Source: the human T2T-CHM13v2.0 reference genome, Homo sapiens
DNA length: 64,000 nt
Assembly: GCF_009914755.1 (NCBI RefSeq)
Contig: NC_060926.1
Reading direction: 5' to 3' (one strand)
Positions 43,071 to 59,458 of this stretch are shown here, piece after piece; positions within the stretch are counted from its first letter, which is position 1; each line of letters opens with the position of its first letter. Under the pieces are notes generated by a model that worked only from the letters and a program-made list of their open reading frames with translations, had not been told where the DNA came from and searched no databases. Made by a program: the position numbers and the translations under genes.

Positions 43071-43333
43071 GATCCCTGAAAGTATAGTCTTCATACTCAG
43101 TAAATACTTGCAGATTGAGTGCATTTTCAACACCTTTCTGAATTTTGTTGACATTGTTGGAAAAACTTGTAATTAGGAAAGAGTAAACATTTCAGTATTC
43201 TAAGTGGTTAATAATCATATAATTAAAATAATAACATAAGTGGTAAACATCTTGAGTTTCAAAGACTTTTGCTATATCCATGTCATCACTGACATTATAA
43301 ATACATGATTTTAGCATACTAATAGTCACCTAA

Positions 43334-43677
<344 letters not shown>

Positions 43678-45164
43678 TAATACCTGTTTTATCTAACAGG
43701 GCTGCAATGATCAAAATTTTCAGTAAGTGTCAAGGCCCTTTGAAAAGCTAATAGTGTTATAAAAAGATTGAGATTGTAGAGTACATAGTATTTAAGATCT
43801 TAACTGTTGTTATAGAGAAAAAACACAATGCACACCTATCCATAAAACCTCTAAAAGGCATGGAAAAATTTTAGTATATGTTTTTAAGCACTTTACTTAT
43901 TGCTTTCTTGAGATACTTTTTAAAAAATGTCTTGGTGGCTAATAATGATGATGACGACGGTGGTACTAGAAATAGCTTCTGTAGCCTTTTATAATTGATA
44001 AAGCTCACATGCATTATCTCAGATTTGACAGTTCTTCACTGGAGGAGATGAGCAGCTCTTTGCAATGCTAAATTACTGTTAAAAAGAGTCAAACTGAACC
44101 TTAAAGTCATTCTAATGCATATATATTAAGTGAACATTACACTCAATGTTTTGAAATACATTTACTGATTTTCCAAAGACGTCTGAAAATTTAAAAAACA
44201 TATTGAGGTAGTTGAGCATTATATACATTCCTATAAGATGACAGTGTTATCATAGTCTGCTAATGTGGTCCATTTCTTGGCCAAGCTTTTTCTTTATAAT
44301 TATGGGAAGGCACTGGGCAGAGAGCAGTTCTGCCTCCCTCCCCCTTTCTCTCCACTTCTTCTTCCTGCACCCCTCATGTGTGTTGGGTGTTGGAATCTGC
44401 TGTCCCAAGAGGTCCCCAGAAGCTGTGGCAGAAGTTGCCACTAAGGGGTCTACTCAGCTGATTGATGAAGGCGGTGGGCACTCTCCACGGTAAAGGGTTT
44501 GCAAATATTGACTGTCAGATAGCCAAGCAACGGAAGTCATCGAGGGGACAATGTTTCTTACTGATTTATGGTTATTGTGTGTTCTTTCCCACAAATGCCT
44601 TTGTGTTCTTATTTTGTGCTCCACCTAACTCAGGAACTGGCTAATTAGTTCCTAGATAATCCAGAGTTGACTGAATTAAAATTTAAGAGCACAGCAGATG
44701 TCCACATTGCATAATGCAGGTGGACAGCACCTGGAATCCAGAACCTTTGCTATTGCCTGGATGCCTGACTTTGATAGTTTCCATATTCAACTACCGTGTG
44801 TAGTAAAACAAGGTCCAGCCCTGAACCTTGTTGGTACTCGTATTACAGTCCTTATTATACTATATTCTAATTTTGGTTGATTCCATTTGCCACTAGATTG
44901 TGAGCTCCTCGTGGATACTGTTGGCATTTTGCTCATCTTTATACTTCCAGATTAAGGTGCCTAATGTATAGTAGTAAAGCAGTATAGTTTACTGAGTGAA
45001 TAAATAAAATGAATGAGCATTCATGAAAGGATGTGTTCGGTGAATGGAGAGCCATTTAAAATGTCATAGATTTCATAAATTTCTCTGGTGTCTACGTCTC
45101 CTGAAAGAAAAAAGAATGGTTTTAACACTTATTTATAGGCCAGGTGGTAATTAAGAATTGACTC

Positions 45165-45846
<682 letters not shown>

Positions 45847-46109
45847 TTATTACCATTATGATTTATATAGAACTTAAAATAATTTTATGTCAGAAATATT
45901 TTTAGTTTTAGCCTTTTGCTAACTTAGATGGGTTGTCCTCTGTCTAACTTGCTGTCAGAAAGTTTTTGATGACTGTTAAATTCATCTTGGAAGAGCTGAG
46001 GAACCATGAGAAGAAGAAAAAAACAAAACAGGAATACATAGTGATTCGAGGGTTAATAAGAAATAAGACCCAACTAGTATTTATTGGATGAATGAATAGA
46101 TAAATGAAG

Positions 46110-46808
<699 letters not shown>

Positions 46809-46994
46809 AGGTCTCTCCAAGAAAAAATTTACATGCATGAAACATGAAATAATAAATAATGGGGTTAGATGCCAAAAAGAGATGTTATCAATTGGATTTC
46901 AGAGAAGAGAAAACGTTGTAAGGAAAAGCTCCAAGAAGGGAGTGAAATCTAAGCTGGGCCATAAGGAAATCAGTCAGTGTGAGAAAATAACTTT

Positions 46995-47965
46995 GTGTTA
47001 GTTTTCTGTTGCTGTGTAACAAATTATGATGAACTTAGCTGCTTAAAAAAGCATACATGTATTATCTGTCTGTTTTCATGTGGCAGGAGTCTAGGCACAG
47101 CTTGTCTGGATCCTCTGTTCAGAGTATTAAAGGCTGAAATCAAGGTGCTCCTGGCCAAGCGTGGTGGCTCACATGTAATTGCAGCACTTTGGGAGACCGA
47201 AGCAGGAGGATTGGTTGAGCCTAGGAGTTCAAGACCACCCTGGGCAAGAAGGCGAGACCCTGTCTCTACAAAAAAAATAAAAAATAAAAAAATTAGAAGA
47301 GCATGGTGATGCACACCTGTAGTCCCAGCTACTTGGGATGCTGAGGTGGAAGGATCACTTGAACCCAGGGGGTCGAGGCTTCAGTGAGCCATAATCATGC
47401 CACTGCAATCCAGCCTGGGTGACAGAGTGAGACCCTATCTAAATAAAATAAAATAAAATAAAATAAATAAATAAATAAGAGGTGCTTCTTTCTGGAGCTC
47501 AGTTGACCTCTTTGAAGCTCACATCATTTTTGGCAGAATTCAGTTCTTGCAGTGGTAAGCCTGAGGTCCTTGTTTTCTTGTTGGCTGTCAGTCAGTAACT
47601 GCCCACATTTCTTGCCACATGGCCCTCTCAGAGGCCCTCAGGCAACCAGGGCAGCTGTCTTCATCAGTGCCAGCAAAAGAACCTCTCACTCCTTCCATTC
47701 TTGTTTAAATATCTCACTTGATTAGGTCAGGCCCAACCGGGAAAACCTCACTTTTGATTAACAAAGTCAACTAATTCTGGGCCATAATTACATCTGCAAA
47801 ATCTCTTCACCTTTGCCATACAGCATAACATAATCATGAGAGTGATCTCTCTTCACTTTGCCGTACTCTATTGGCTAAAAGCAAATTGGAGCTCCCACCC
47901 GGCCTCAAAAGGATTATACAAGGTGTGGGTCATAGGGGGCCACTTTATGATCCTGCGTTCTACAG
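46995..47965 (-). mobile_element. MLT1 (E/F-like) LTR with AluJ (+, 47153-47478) inserted
   Basis: tgtgttagttttctgttgctgtgtaacaaatt..., ggcagaattcagttcttgcag, taattacatctgcaaaatc; aggtgct TSD. Confidence 0.8.
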
Positions 47966-47987
47966 TGTCTTTGTTTACAAATGATTC

Positions 47988-48880
47988 TTTTTAAAATTTT
48001 TATTTTATTGTGTTAAGAACACTTACTATGAGATCTACCCTCTGAACCAATTTTTAAGTGTAGGATATATTTTTGTTGGGTATAAGTACAGTGTTATACA
48101 GCAGATCTCTAGAGCTTATTCATCTTTCTTGACTGAAACTCTAGGTCAGCTGATAATAACTCTTCATTTCCCTTTCACTCCAGTCCCTGGTAGCCACCAT
48201 TCCACTCTTTTATTCTATGAATTTGACTATTTTAGAAACCTCATAAGTGGAAATATGCGGTATTTGTCTAAGACTGGTTTATTTCGCTTAGCAGAATGTC
48301 TTCAAGGTTCATGCATGTTGTCACAGATTGCAGAATGTCCTTCATTTTCAGGGGGTAAATAATACTCCATTGTGTGTATATGTGTATTATTTTCTTTATC
48401 CATTTATCTACTGATAGGCATTTAGGTTGTTTCTGTATCTTGGCTACTGTGAATAATGCTGAAATGAACATGGAAGTGTGAATATCTCTTCAAGATCCTG
48501 ATTTCAATTCTTTCAGATAAATACCCAGAAGTGAGATTGCTGGATGAATGGTAGTTCTATTTTTAACTTTTTGAGGAATCTCTAAACTGATTTTCATAGC
48601 AACCACACCATTTTAGATACTGACCAACAGTGTGCAAAGTTTCCAGTTTCCTCACATCCTCACCAACATTTTTTTTTTTATAATAGCCATCTTGATAGAT
48701 GTAAGGTAATATCTCATTATGGCTTTGATTTGCATTTCCCTGATGATTAGTGACAATGAGCACCTTTTCATATCCGTTGGCCATTTGTATGTCTTCTTTG
48801 GAGAAACGTCTATTCAAGTCCTTAGGCTATTTCTTAATTAGATATTAATTTTTTTAAATACCAAGTTGTAGAGGTTGTAA
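47988..48880 (-). mobile_element. L1MA/MB 3' end
   Basis: aagaacacttactatgagatctaccctc..., ORF2 C-terminal peptide remnants (MNRRFSKEDIQMAN). Confidence 0.9.
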
Positions 48881-49414
48881 ATGATTCTTTTGTTGTTGTT
48901 TGAACATGTTTTAAAAATGAAAGTTTTTAAAAAGCCATTTTTTATAAAAGGCCCTGGATATTAGATGCCAGGCTAAAGAAAATCAATTCTCTGTACTTGG
49001 AGCTTTTGCTTGGGGACCAGCTGTTCATCGTTATGAAGGGAGAAGAAAGGAGCCTAGAGCGAGCTATAATTAGAGAAACCACATCATCATTTTGATATAC
49101 TGCAAGAACTTCCTAACTTCCTCTTGGCTGTTGATCTTGACTGTCTCCCATCTGCTAATAGTCACAGTCAAGGTGATCTTTCCAAAATGCATATCCAAGC
49201 ATGCCACTACCCTGCTTAAAATGCTTCTGCTGATTATTGGACAGAACCCTCCTAGGATAGGACTGCCATGCTGTTCAGATTCATGTCTCAACATGTGCTT
49301 TGTGCTTCATATGCCCTTTATCCACGCTCAATGAGAGAGTGGCATAAGGATTAATGGAGGGATGAATTTGAGAGACATTCACAGGTAAAATCACCGGGAT
49401 GTGGTGAGGGAGAG

Positions 49415-49770
49415 TGTCTTGGTCTGTTTTGTGCTGCTATCACAGAATACTGGAGACTGGGTAATTCAAAAAGAACAGAAATTTATTTCTCACAGTTCTG
49501 GAGGCTGGGAAGTCCAGTATCAAGGTGCCAGCATCTATCTGGTCAGAGTCTTCTTGTTGTGTCCTCACATGGTGGAAGGTAGAAAGGGGTGGGCCTATTC
49601 CTGCAAGCCTTTTTTATAGCAGCATTAATCCACTCATTAATCCACAGATACTGCATGAAGGCAGAGCCCTCATGACCTAAGCACTTTTCCTTAAACTCCA
49701 CCTCCCAACATTGTTGCACTGGTGATTAAATTTCTGACCCATGAGTTTTGAGGGACCAAATAGCAGAAGG
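49415..49770 (-). mobile_element. MLT1A/MST-type LTR within L2 sequence
   Basis: tgtcttggtctgttttgtgctgctatcacagaatac...cagaaatttatttctcacagttctggaggctggg. Confidence 0.8.
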
Positions 49771-51465
49771 AGTAGGCTCACCTCTATGCTATTTAGACCA
49801 TAGCAGAGGGTGAGTCTACTCCATGCATGGAAATAAGGGGGGCAGGTGCAGTAGCAGATTTGGGAGAGAAGATAAGTTCAGTTTGAGGTCGCTGTAGAAG
49901 ATTACATGCAAGGACTTTTTGTATGGTTGGCCCTGTTTCGGGCACTGTAGGATCGATAAAGGAGGTCCCAGACATGAACTCTAGAGAGGTGAGAATATAC
50001 ATTGCATTATGAAATTAGAGATTCACAAAAGGATTATCACTGGTGGTAGTTTCCAGAGATCGAATAGTAAAGGTGTCTGTTAATAGCCAAATGAAATTTT
50101 CCCCACTCCATGAAGTACCCAATAAAATTAATGACAGATAGAAGGTTGCTTTTCATTGTTTCTGAGGCTTAAATATTAAACAAGAATGACATCGTTAGGG
50201 CCTAATTTGGGGGCACACAAAAATATCAGGAGAAGAGATTTCATTCTTCTCCCAGTTATCTCAAATTAATTTTGTCTTTCCAAGTGTCTTTTGTCATTTA
50301 ACAATCTGGTTCTGAAGCTTGAAGTTCTTCTGTGCTTGTTTTGGATTGTATAGAAGTACCTACATTTTTCTTCTACTGTTTTCTCGTGAGTGTCAGGCTA
50401 AAAATCTTTTTAGCTGCCCTAGTCTACACTCCTAATGTGGGAGATGCTCTGGTGAGAATAAACAAAAAGGCATGCTCTTTCTTTCTTTGTGGAAGATGGA
50501 TTCTAATCTCTGTTTGTCTCTTTTCCTATGTAGCTAAGTAGAATCTGCCATATCAATGTCCAGTCAGTTTCTAGCTCATCTAGTTCTTATGATTCCTCCC
50601 ACGGTCACTTGCATGCTGCCATTGCTTTGGGCCTGTGGCTGCTACCAGTGCTTCTGTGGCCGCAACCTGACTCCCTGCTGGCACCAGCACCAGCTCTGCC
50701 TCCCGGGAAGTGTGCTTTACTGTCTGGGATCCCCCAGTAGGGGCGCCTCTGCCAGCTGCTGCTGTCCTTGCTGCCCCCCAGACACACCAAGACTGAAAGT
50801 TATCTGCACCATTGTCCATACCACCTTATTAACTGCTGAAGTCCTAGTCTCTGTTCCAAAGCCCCTTAACTTTGAGGACATAGTTTCTGGTAAGGAGTTT
50901 AGAAAGCCCTTCTGAAGGGGTAATAGGAGGAAGAGGCACTGATACTGATGTGTTGTATTTCCCCAAGTCAAGCCTGCACATCTCTCAGTGCTTTCAGGCA
51001 TGCTGTCATCTCAGAGACTGGGCACACACACATCAGGATTTCCCTTCCTCTTCCCCAGGAAGCAGAATCCAAACCCTTCTAGTAGGGGTTTGTTGGGAGG
51101 CCAGGGAGGTTGTGGGCATATTCTTTGAATCTAGTTTTCTTGGGCCTAAAAGTGTGATGGGGTGAAAATCGAGCAAGATGAAGAGCTTTTAAACTAAGCT
51201 CAGGAAAGCCTGTATCTTAGGTCTTCCACTTAGTGACAGATCATCTACTCATGTCCTCTGAAAATGTTCATCTCTCATGATGGAATCTGTCTTCTGACAA
51301 TGTCCCAAGTCCCTTGAACTCTGGCCTAGCTAGTCTTGACTTCTGTATTAGTCTGGGTAATGCTGGGTGATGCTCTGATAATGTACCTGCCACTTACACA
51401 GAATCTTTTGTGGGTTGTACATTCTTCTCCATCTTGTGGCTATGGCATGTAAAACACATGCCTCC

Positions 51466-51921
51466 TGTCTTAGTTTCCTAGGGCTGCTGGAACAAGATAC
51501 CACAAACTGAATGGTTTAAAACAACAAACACTTTTTTCTCTCAGGGTTCTGAAGGCTGGAAGTCCAGAATCAAGGTGTGGGAGGCACATGTCTTCTCTGA
51601 AGGCTCTAGGGAACAATCCTTCTTGTCTCTTTCTAGCTTTTGCAGGTTGCCAGCAATCTTCGGCATTCCTTGCTGGTGGATGCATCACTCCAGTCTCTGT
51701 CACCACCTCCAAATGGCTGTTTTCCCGGTGTCTCTCTGTCCAAATTCCCCTCTTTTTTTAAGGGTGCTAGTTATTAGATTAGGGCCAACCATAATCCAGT
51801 GTGACCTCATCTTAATTTGATTGCATCTACAAGACCCTATTTCCAAAGAAGATTACATGCACAGGTGCTGAGTATCAGGTCCCTGATGTATCTTTTGAGG
51901 AGACACAGTTCAACCCATAAC
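51466..51921 (-). mobile_element. MLT1B/C-type solo LTR
   Basis: tgtcttagtttcctagggctgct...cacagttcaacccataaca. Confidence 0.85.
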
Positions 51922-52388
51922 ACCCTTCAAAGTTGTTCCTGAAGAAGAGAGGCCCCCGGCTCTTATCAGTCTCACCTCAGAATAAATATATGCTAGTTTT
52001 GTTCTCAGTCCAGCCCCAACATAACTACAAAGGAGGCTAGTACATTCATGGGAGCACATGGCTATTTGGTGAACATTACTTGTCTCTGTCACATCCTCAT
52101 CCAGTTCGTTTCCTCTGATCCCAGAATGCTCTGGGGAATACATGATAGTTTCTATATAATGTGAAATATCTATCAAGAACAGCAGTGGGTTCCTGCAAAG
52201 CACATGGAAGGAACAGACTTGGAAAATTGCTCAAAGAAAAGAAAAAAATAGTTTATGTAGTGTGTAAAACTGTCTTATTTTTGTTTGGTTCTTTGATTTA
52301 TCTTAATCCAGAGGTTATGAAATGGCAGTCAGCAGGTTGCATCTATTCCAGAGATTTTTTTTTATGTGTGTGGCCCACACAGTGTTCA

Positions 52389-52927
<539 letters not shown>

Positions 52928-53535
52928 GCAGACAAATGTCCACACACCTAGATTTACCTTGAACAATGGGAAGATTTGACAACATCTGGGCTCACATTTA
53001 CACAGAAAACTAAGAAGAAGGAAAACAGCCAAATAAGAGCTGCTCCCTGCGGACAGTCCCGTTTGCAGTTCACCCTGATGCCCACCATTCCCTGGAGAAT
53101 CACCAACACTGAGGCTGTCACTTCTCATTTGTCTTTGTGATTTCAGTGTTGTTTTCTTAGAGATTTTTTTCCCTTATATCTTGCTCTTTCTACCCACTTC
53201 CTTTATCTCATTGGCCCCTGCAGGCATTTGTGTTTGTGACTTCATTTTTTAGTAGAATCTGCATTTTCATGTATCTTGTGCTTCTAAGGGATTAAGTATT
53301 ATACCAGAGTATCACCTTGAACTTAGCACTCTGAGGTTGACTCCTGCTGTAGCATCTGCAATAGTAGTGATTTAAGGCGAATAGTTGGTAAAGCTCCAGA
53401 AATGTCTGTATTAGCCCAGAAATACCTATAAGGGGGTGGATAAATATTTGCAATGAAATATTCACAAGTGGGATATTTGGGTAAATTTGAATATAATTAA
53501 AATGAGGCCTGTTGATTCACTTTGAGGTAAATCTT

Positions 53536-53572
53536 TACTGACATAGCTTTTGTGCCTTTTCTCCCTATACAG
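53536..53572 (+). promoter_or_regulatory. Branch point (TACTGAC), polypyrimidine tract and 3' splice site of the 143-nt exon
   Basis: TACTGAC at 53536-53542 is near the yUnAy/TACTAAC consensus, about 32 nt upstream of the exon; followed by a pyrimidine tract and CAG. Confidence 0.7.
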
Positions 53573-53715
53573 ACCACTGGAGCGATCCAGCGAAGATGTG
53601 GATATAATCTTCACTCGACTGAAAGAAGTTAAAGCTTTTGAGAAATTTCACCCAAATCTCCTTCATCAGATTTGCTTATGTGGTTATTATGAGAATCTGG
53701 AAAAGGGAATAACAT
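53573..53715 (+). CDS. RAPGEF4: RAPGEF4/Epac2 coding exon (143 nt; exon 2 of the full-length isoform), N-terminal part of the CNB-A region
   Basis: Translates (R)[47 protein letters not shown](L), recognised as the Epac2 N-terminus. Acceptor ...tttctccctatacag| and donor ACAT|gtaaga; enters in phase 2, exits in phase 1. Confidence 0.97.
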
Positions 53716-54299
53716 GTAAGAAATGCAACTCTCGTAGTATATTTCCATGTATGGTTTATGCTGATTTGTGGTTACTTTATGGAGATAAATAGCAAATGGA
53801 GTATTTATGTGCTAAATATTTGAGCTTCAACCAAAAGTATTAAGGTGACATTTCCCTCTAGTCTGTTTATTCAGTTGCATGTAGGTGTTTCCCTAACTCC
53901 TTTGTTCACAGAACGTAAATGGTTCTTCCAAGGCAACCAACTTTCTAGATGGAGCTGGAGGGATGTAATGTTTCACACATTTAGCTATATCTTTAGAAAT
54001 TCACATAATTGTCTTCTCTAATCCAAGAAATATGTGGCCAATAGGATATTAAGATAAAAGTTCTCTTAACTAGTGCTGATAGTAATGTTTTGAATTAATG
54101 CCAGTAATATCATCTATTCCAGGTGTGAATAAGGGGCAGGGAGATAGAGTAACAGTTGGATTTTTTAAAAAGTATTTTTTCATTAAAGAAGTAATAGTTC
54201 TTCTGTTGGAACACTTTATGCTGCACTCACAGAAAACTCCCTTTCAACTAATTGGAATATTCAATGACTTATACAAGAAGAAAAAAAAATCAATTACTT

Positions 54300-54775
54300 A
54301 TACAGAAGAAGTCCTGAGGTAGAATGACTTCAGGGTTGGTTAGTGAAGTGACTCAGTGAAATTATTAAGGCTTCAGGTCCTTCCTGTATTTTTTGTTTTT
54401 GTATGCATTCTGAGGTGTTGGGCTTTGTCCTCAGACTTGTCCCAAATTGTTCTGACAGCTACAGCTGTTGGATGCATTATTTACTGATACAAAAACATCC
54501 TGCTGAAGGACTATTTCTTTCTGGGTCTCTGTTTTAGAAGTCTCCCAGCAGCCTTCTTGTATTGACTCATTGGCCAGAAATGCATCACATGCCTAAGTCT
54601 AAACCAATCACTTGCAAAAATAATGGGATCACCAGGACTGATTTAGACCAATCATGATTGCCCTAGTGGAGCTAACACCTAGCCCTATAGATGAGGGTGG
54701 AAACTTGTCTAAAACCTGGGTTCAGTTAGACAAGAGGGCATGAGTGTTTCTGGGTGGGAAAGCAACAGGGTGAGT
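54300..54775 (-). mobile_element. Old MLT1 (J/K-like) LTR
   Basis: ctcattggccagaaatgcatcacatgcc, aaccaatcact, ttagaccaatca. Confidence 0.6.
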
Positions 54776-54851
54776 CACAACGTTATTGTAGAAAATTTAG
54801 AAGGTCAACAAAATAAAAATCACCTACAGTTTCTACCATTAATATTTTGTG

Positions 54852-55229
<378 letters not shown>

Positions 55230-56072
55230 ATCATTAATTATGGTTCCCAGAAGCTTGCTCTTCTCCAATAAGCACTAGCCTTGCCAGGACTCGGTTGTCC
55301 CACGAGCCGTCATGTGATTTTTCATTGAGTTACTTGACCTCTGACTTTAAGTGTGAAGAGGATTTTAAAATATCAAGTCACTCCATCTAGTTATTTAGTT
55401 AGGATATTTAAAAGGACAGTTGGTTTGCATGAGATTTTTGAACCAGTGTTTTGGAATTACTTTCCCAAACTTGGTCTTAATATGATATGGGAAGTATGGT
55501 TCTATCTAAATACGTAAATATTTTCTCTCTGAGAGGGACAAACTTAGAGCAAGATCAGGTTCAAAAATTTCTGATGAGGATCATTTCTAAATGCTTAAAA
55601 GCAGTGAATTTATAAAAAGAATAAGAAAATGGACAATGATAATATAGTAGTTAAAATTTTTAAACAAAGCAGATTTTGGTTTTTTAAATCAATCATTGGT
55701 CACCTTAAAAGGAGAGGTGCTAGTCTAGAAAACACATTGCTTTTAATATAGTCTTGGGAAATATCAGCCAATTCTTCTTAAATTCAAAGGATCTTATAAC
55801 ATTTAAAGTTATCATCTTTATTACAGCTCTGTAAGTATGATAGAGTTCTCTTTAATAAGGTTCCACTTCACAGAATATTGAATAAATAGGATATAGCTTT
55901 GTTGACAGATGAGGTAAAGAAAAACATGTTATGTTCCTGTGGGCAACAGATAGGGGAAGGGTGGTAAGCTCAGTTAGGTCCAAGACATGCTTGGACCAGT
56001 GAAAAACTGGCAGATCATATAGTAAAACCAAGTTGTATCTGTTATATTTATATCACAATTTTTTTTTCCCAG

Positions 56073-56161
56073 TATTTCGCCAGGGTGATATTGGAACAAA
56101 CTGGTATGCTGTCCTGGCAGGGTCTTTGGATGTTAAAGTATCTGAGACCAGCAGTCACCAG
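56073..56161 (+). CDS. RAPGEF4: RAPGEF4/Epac2 coding exon (89 nt; exon 3), cNMP-binding domain beta-strands
   Basis: (L)[29 protein letters not shown]; FRQGD.G motif typical of cNMP-binding domains. Acceptor tttttttttcccag| and donor CAG|gtaata; phase matches the previous exon (T+TA = Leu). Confidence 0.97.
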
Positions 56162-57719
56162 GTAATATGGTCTATTTTTTTGAAAGTAGGATTTATTTTT
56201 TTTAAAGACTTATTATCCCTATGTCTTTTATGCCATTAAAATTACATTTTCAAGTCCATTTCCTCTTTCCCACAATAAGGAGTTCAGCACTGTTTGTTGG
56301 ATTCCTTTATTAAGTTACTCAACAAACACCTATTGAATGTCTTCCCTGATTTGAGTATGGTGCCAGGTGTCAAAACATGAAATGCAAGAACACATTGGGG
56401 CTGCTTTCTAGGAGCTTGAGGTCTATTTGGAAATGCAAGCAATTTCAGTGTGACACAAATTGCTGTATAGGGTGAAATGTGAGTGAAGGAGAAGGAGAAG
56501 TCTTCCTATGTTTCCTCTTGGATCCTTTCTCCATCTTTGTATCTTGAATTTTCTTTGTCCTAGAAGTGATCCCCTCATCGGCCTTGTAGGAGATCTTGTG
56601 ATGCAGGGGATATGTGGCTGTTGCAGTCCCCCTGAAATCTCTATTTCTCTGCCTTGTCTTTTCAAATGTGGAAGGCTAATAATATTATTTTCCCTCTAAA
56701 GTACAGCACTGGCTTTATTTTCATTAGTCACCTCTGAGGAGTTTGGCATCCTAGTAGATGAAACTCATTCTTTTTCTGTTCACAAGATTTATGAATATTA
56801 AAAAAACGAAAACAAAATTAAAAAAGAAAGAAAGAATATTAAAAAAAGAAAAAATATATAAATATTTAAGTCGAACCCAGGGCCTTCTTTCACATCTGCA
56901 GTGACTCTTGCTCTGTCATTAAGACAAGTGGCCAAAATGTACACAACCTCACTGTTTAGAGCCAAGAATCTCGAGTCTGAAAAGTATGACCCATAAAAGG
57001 CCACCATCAGGTATCACTATGAAAATGTTCCAAGTCTTATTTCCACATATTCAGGATTCAGAAAAAAACTGAAGGAAGAGAATCAGTTAATTGTGAAATC
57101 TGAAAGAATTGTCCAAAAAAATTAAAGAATTATTTAAAGGGACAAATAACCTTCTGCCAAGTGTCATATTTAAGGCAATGTTTTGGAGGCTTTTTCATAG
57201 GTAGCACACTTCAAATGTGAGAAACATTTATGACACACCAAATTTGAGGTTTACATTTTTTAGGAACTTGTATGTGTATTGAAGTTGTGGGCAGTCACCA
57301 TCTTAAAAATGGAGTGGTATCCCAAAAGATTGCTGCTAAGGTGTGCATTTGGAATTTGCGATGTAGTTTCCTGGGTGATACCCATTGTAATGGAGGGTTA
57401 AATTCTCAGGCCAGTGTCCAAATCCTGTGTAATCCATAGCATACTCTTTCTGTGCATCAGTGCATGAAAATTCCATTAGACACAGCCTGGAACCTGTGCT
57501 TCCCAACTTTGATGGTACTTTTCCTCTTGCTGTCTCTCACAGGGCTGGCTTTCTCTTGGATTTCAGAGAGAGTCAAGGTGAGAGGTGGGTTTTGATTCTT
57601 GTAAGCGGCCTCAGTTTCGAATGGGAAGGAGAACAGTTAGCATTTCTTGGATATTTGCCATATCCTATATAATCAAGATATTTATCCATATGTAATTTAT
57701 CCAGTCCTTCTTGGATATT

Positions 57720-57950
57720 TACTTGGCAGTGTTCCAAGCACTTAACAGGTATTTATTTACTTCTTTAATCCTCAAGTCAACCATGAGGTAGGTCGTATTA
57801 CTGTTCTCATTTTACAGATGAGAAAACGAAGTCCCCGAGTGGTTAAATAACTTACCTCGAGTATTGTATCTAGAAATTAGAGAAACCAAGATTAAAACCC
57901 AAGCAGTCAGGCACCTGAACAGATGCTCTTCACCACTGCTCTCCACCATT
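57720..57950 (-). mobile_element. MIR
   Basis: cattttacagatgagaaaac, ggttaaataactt. Confidence 0.75.
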
Positions 57951-59074
57951 TGACTCTTAAGAAACATGAGGCAACATGCAACTTCCCTCTCTCCCTGCCT
58001 TTTGTCATCCTTTCAGATTACCCCATGTCCTTCTTTCTGCATATCTCCTACCTGTGGATGCTGTCCTGGTGGGGACTCTCTGGGCTTTTTTGCTCAGAGC
58101 TGCTCCTGGTACTTCCTTTCCCCAGGTTTTACCTGCATAGATGTTCCCTGGGGACAGGGCCTACACAGGATCATTCTGCTCAGTTCCTCCTGCAGCTCGA
58201 GTGGTTCCTGAATGAGTGATAATGGAGAGAGTGGAGAAGCTGAAAAGAGAAATGTGACAAAAGAGAGGAAAGGGAAGCAAGATGAGAATTAAGGAGGAGA
58301 AAAGAAAGAAGAGGAAATCTCGAGAAGGAGAGAGAAGGAGAATCAGAAAAGGAAGAGCAGATGTGCCTAAGGGGATGATACATAACACCAGCTCTTATGT
58401 GCTGACACACCAGATGTGAAAGCTGGCCGAGATTTTGATGGTATTAAAATAGTATCTGGCCAGGGGTTTCGGGAATATTGCCCTTAACCAGTTATCTCTC
58501 ACCATGGCATCCTAGCCATGCTATAATAACCCATAATAGCAGGGTTATTAGCTACAGATTCAACAATTTTAACTAAACTTTTAATTTTAGATTTACCTAT
58601 AATTTTGACCTCAAAACCAATGCAGAGAACTTACCTAAGCTGGGCTCGGTCTTCTTTTAGTTGTTAGGAATGTGTTAATTTAATACCAAAGCCGGCTTAC
58701 TGCTTCCTTTATGTATTTCATCCCACAATGTTCAACCAGAGTTTTCTGGATGGATTTGTATCACTAAAATAAAAGGAAGAGAAAGCTCATTGACTCCTCC
58801 ACCCTCTAGCCCTCTAGAGTACAGCCTGAGATAAACAGGGCCCAGCTTTCCAGCCAGTTCTGAAGGTAGGACATGGTCCAGCCACATGGGAGAAAGAAGC
58901 TAAGGAGAATGACCAAGATGGCAGAGCCCCCTTCCATGCCAAGATGCTTGCAAGGGAGAAACAAAACTGCCATATCTACCCATGCTGGCCTTGTGATGGG
59001 CTCTGGGTCTCTGCCCACTAACAATGTGGTAAATCAGGGGGATTGTTTATCATGACAGAGTAGTGCCCCATACA

Positions 59075-59458
59075 AGTCAGGGTTCTTCAGAGAAACAGAA
59101 TCACTAAGAGATAGAGATAGAGAGAGAGAGAGACAGGTTTGTTTTTAGGAACTGGCTCACATGATTGTGGGGGCTGGCAGGTCTGAAGTCTAGAGCTGGC
59201 AGGCTGGAGATTCAGGTAAGAGTTATTGGCAGAAGCAGAATTCCTCAAGAAACCTCAAGGGAAACCTATTTGCTCTGAGGCCTTCAAGTGAGTAGACGAG
59301 GTACACGCACATCATGGAGGGTAATCAACTTTAAGGTCTACTGATTGTAAAGGTTAATCACATCTAAAAAATATCCTTACAGCAACATCTAGATTAGTAT
59401 TTAACCAAACTACTGGCCATTATAGTCTAGCCAAGTTGACACATACAATTAACCATAA
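59075..59458 (-). mobile_element. MLT2-type LTR
   Basis: agtcagggttcttcagagaaacagaa..(GA)n..ggaactggctcacatgattgtggggg...gccaagttgacacatacaattaacca. Confidence 0.85.

Noticed and set aside
50556-50915. 119-aa Cys-rich ORF and CTCF-like CCAGTAGGGGCGCC
   Set aside because: No recognisable domain or splice structure; the motif is one base short of CTCF core spacing.
58205-58360. Purine-rich (GA) tract as possible H-DNA
   Set aside because: No clear mirror symmetry; ordinary low-complexity sequence.
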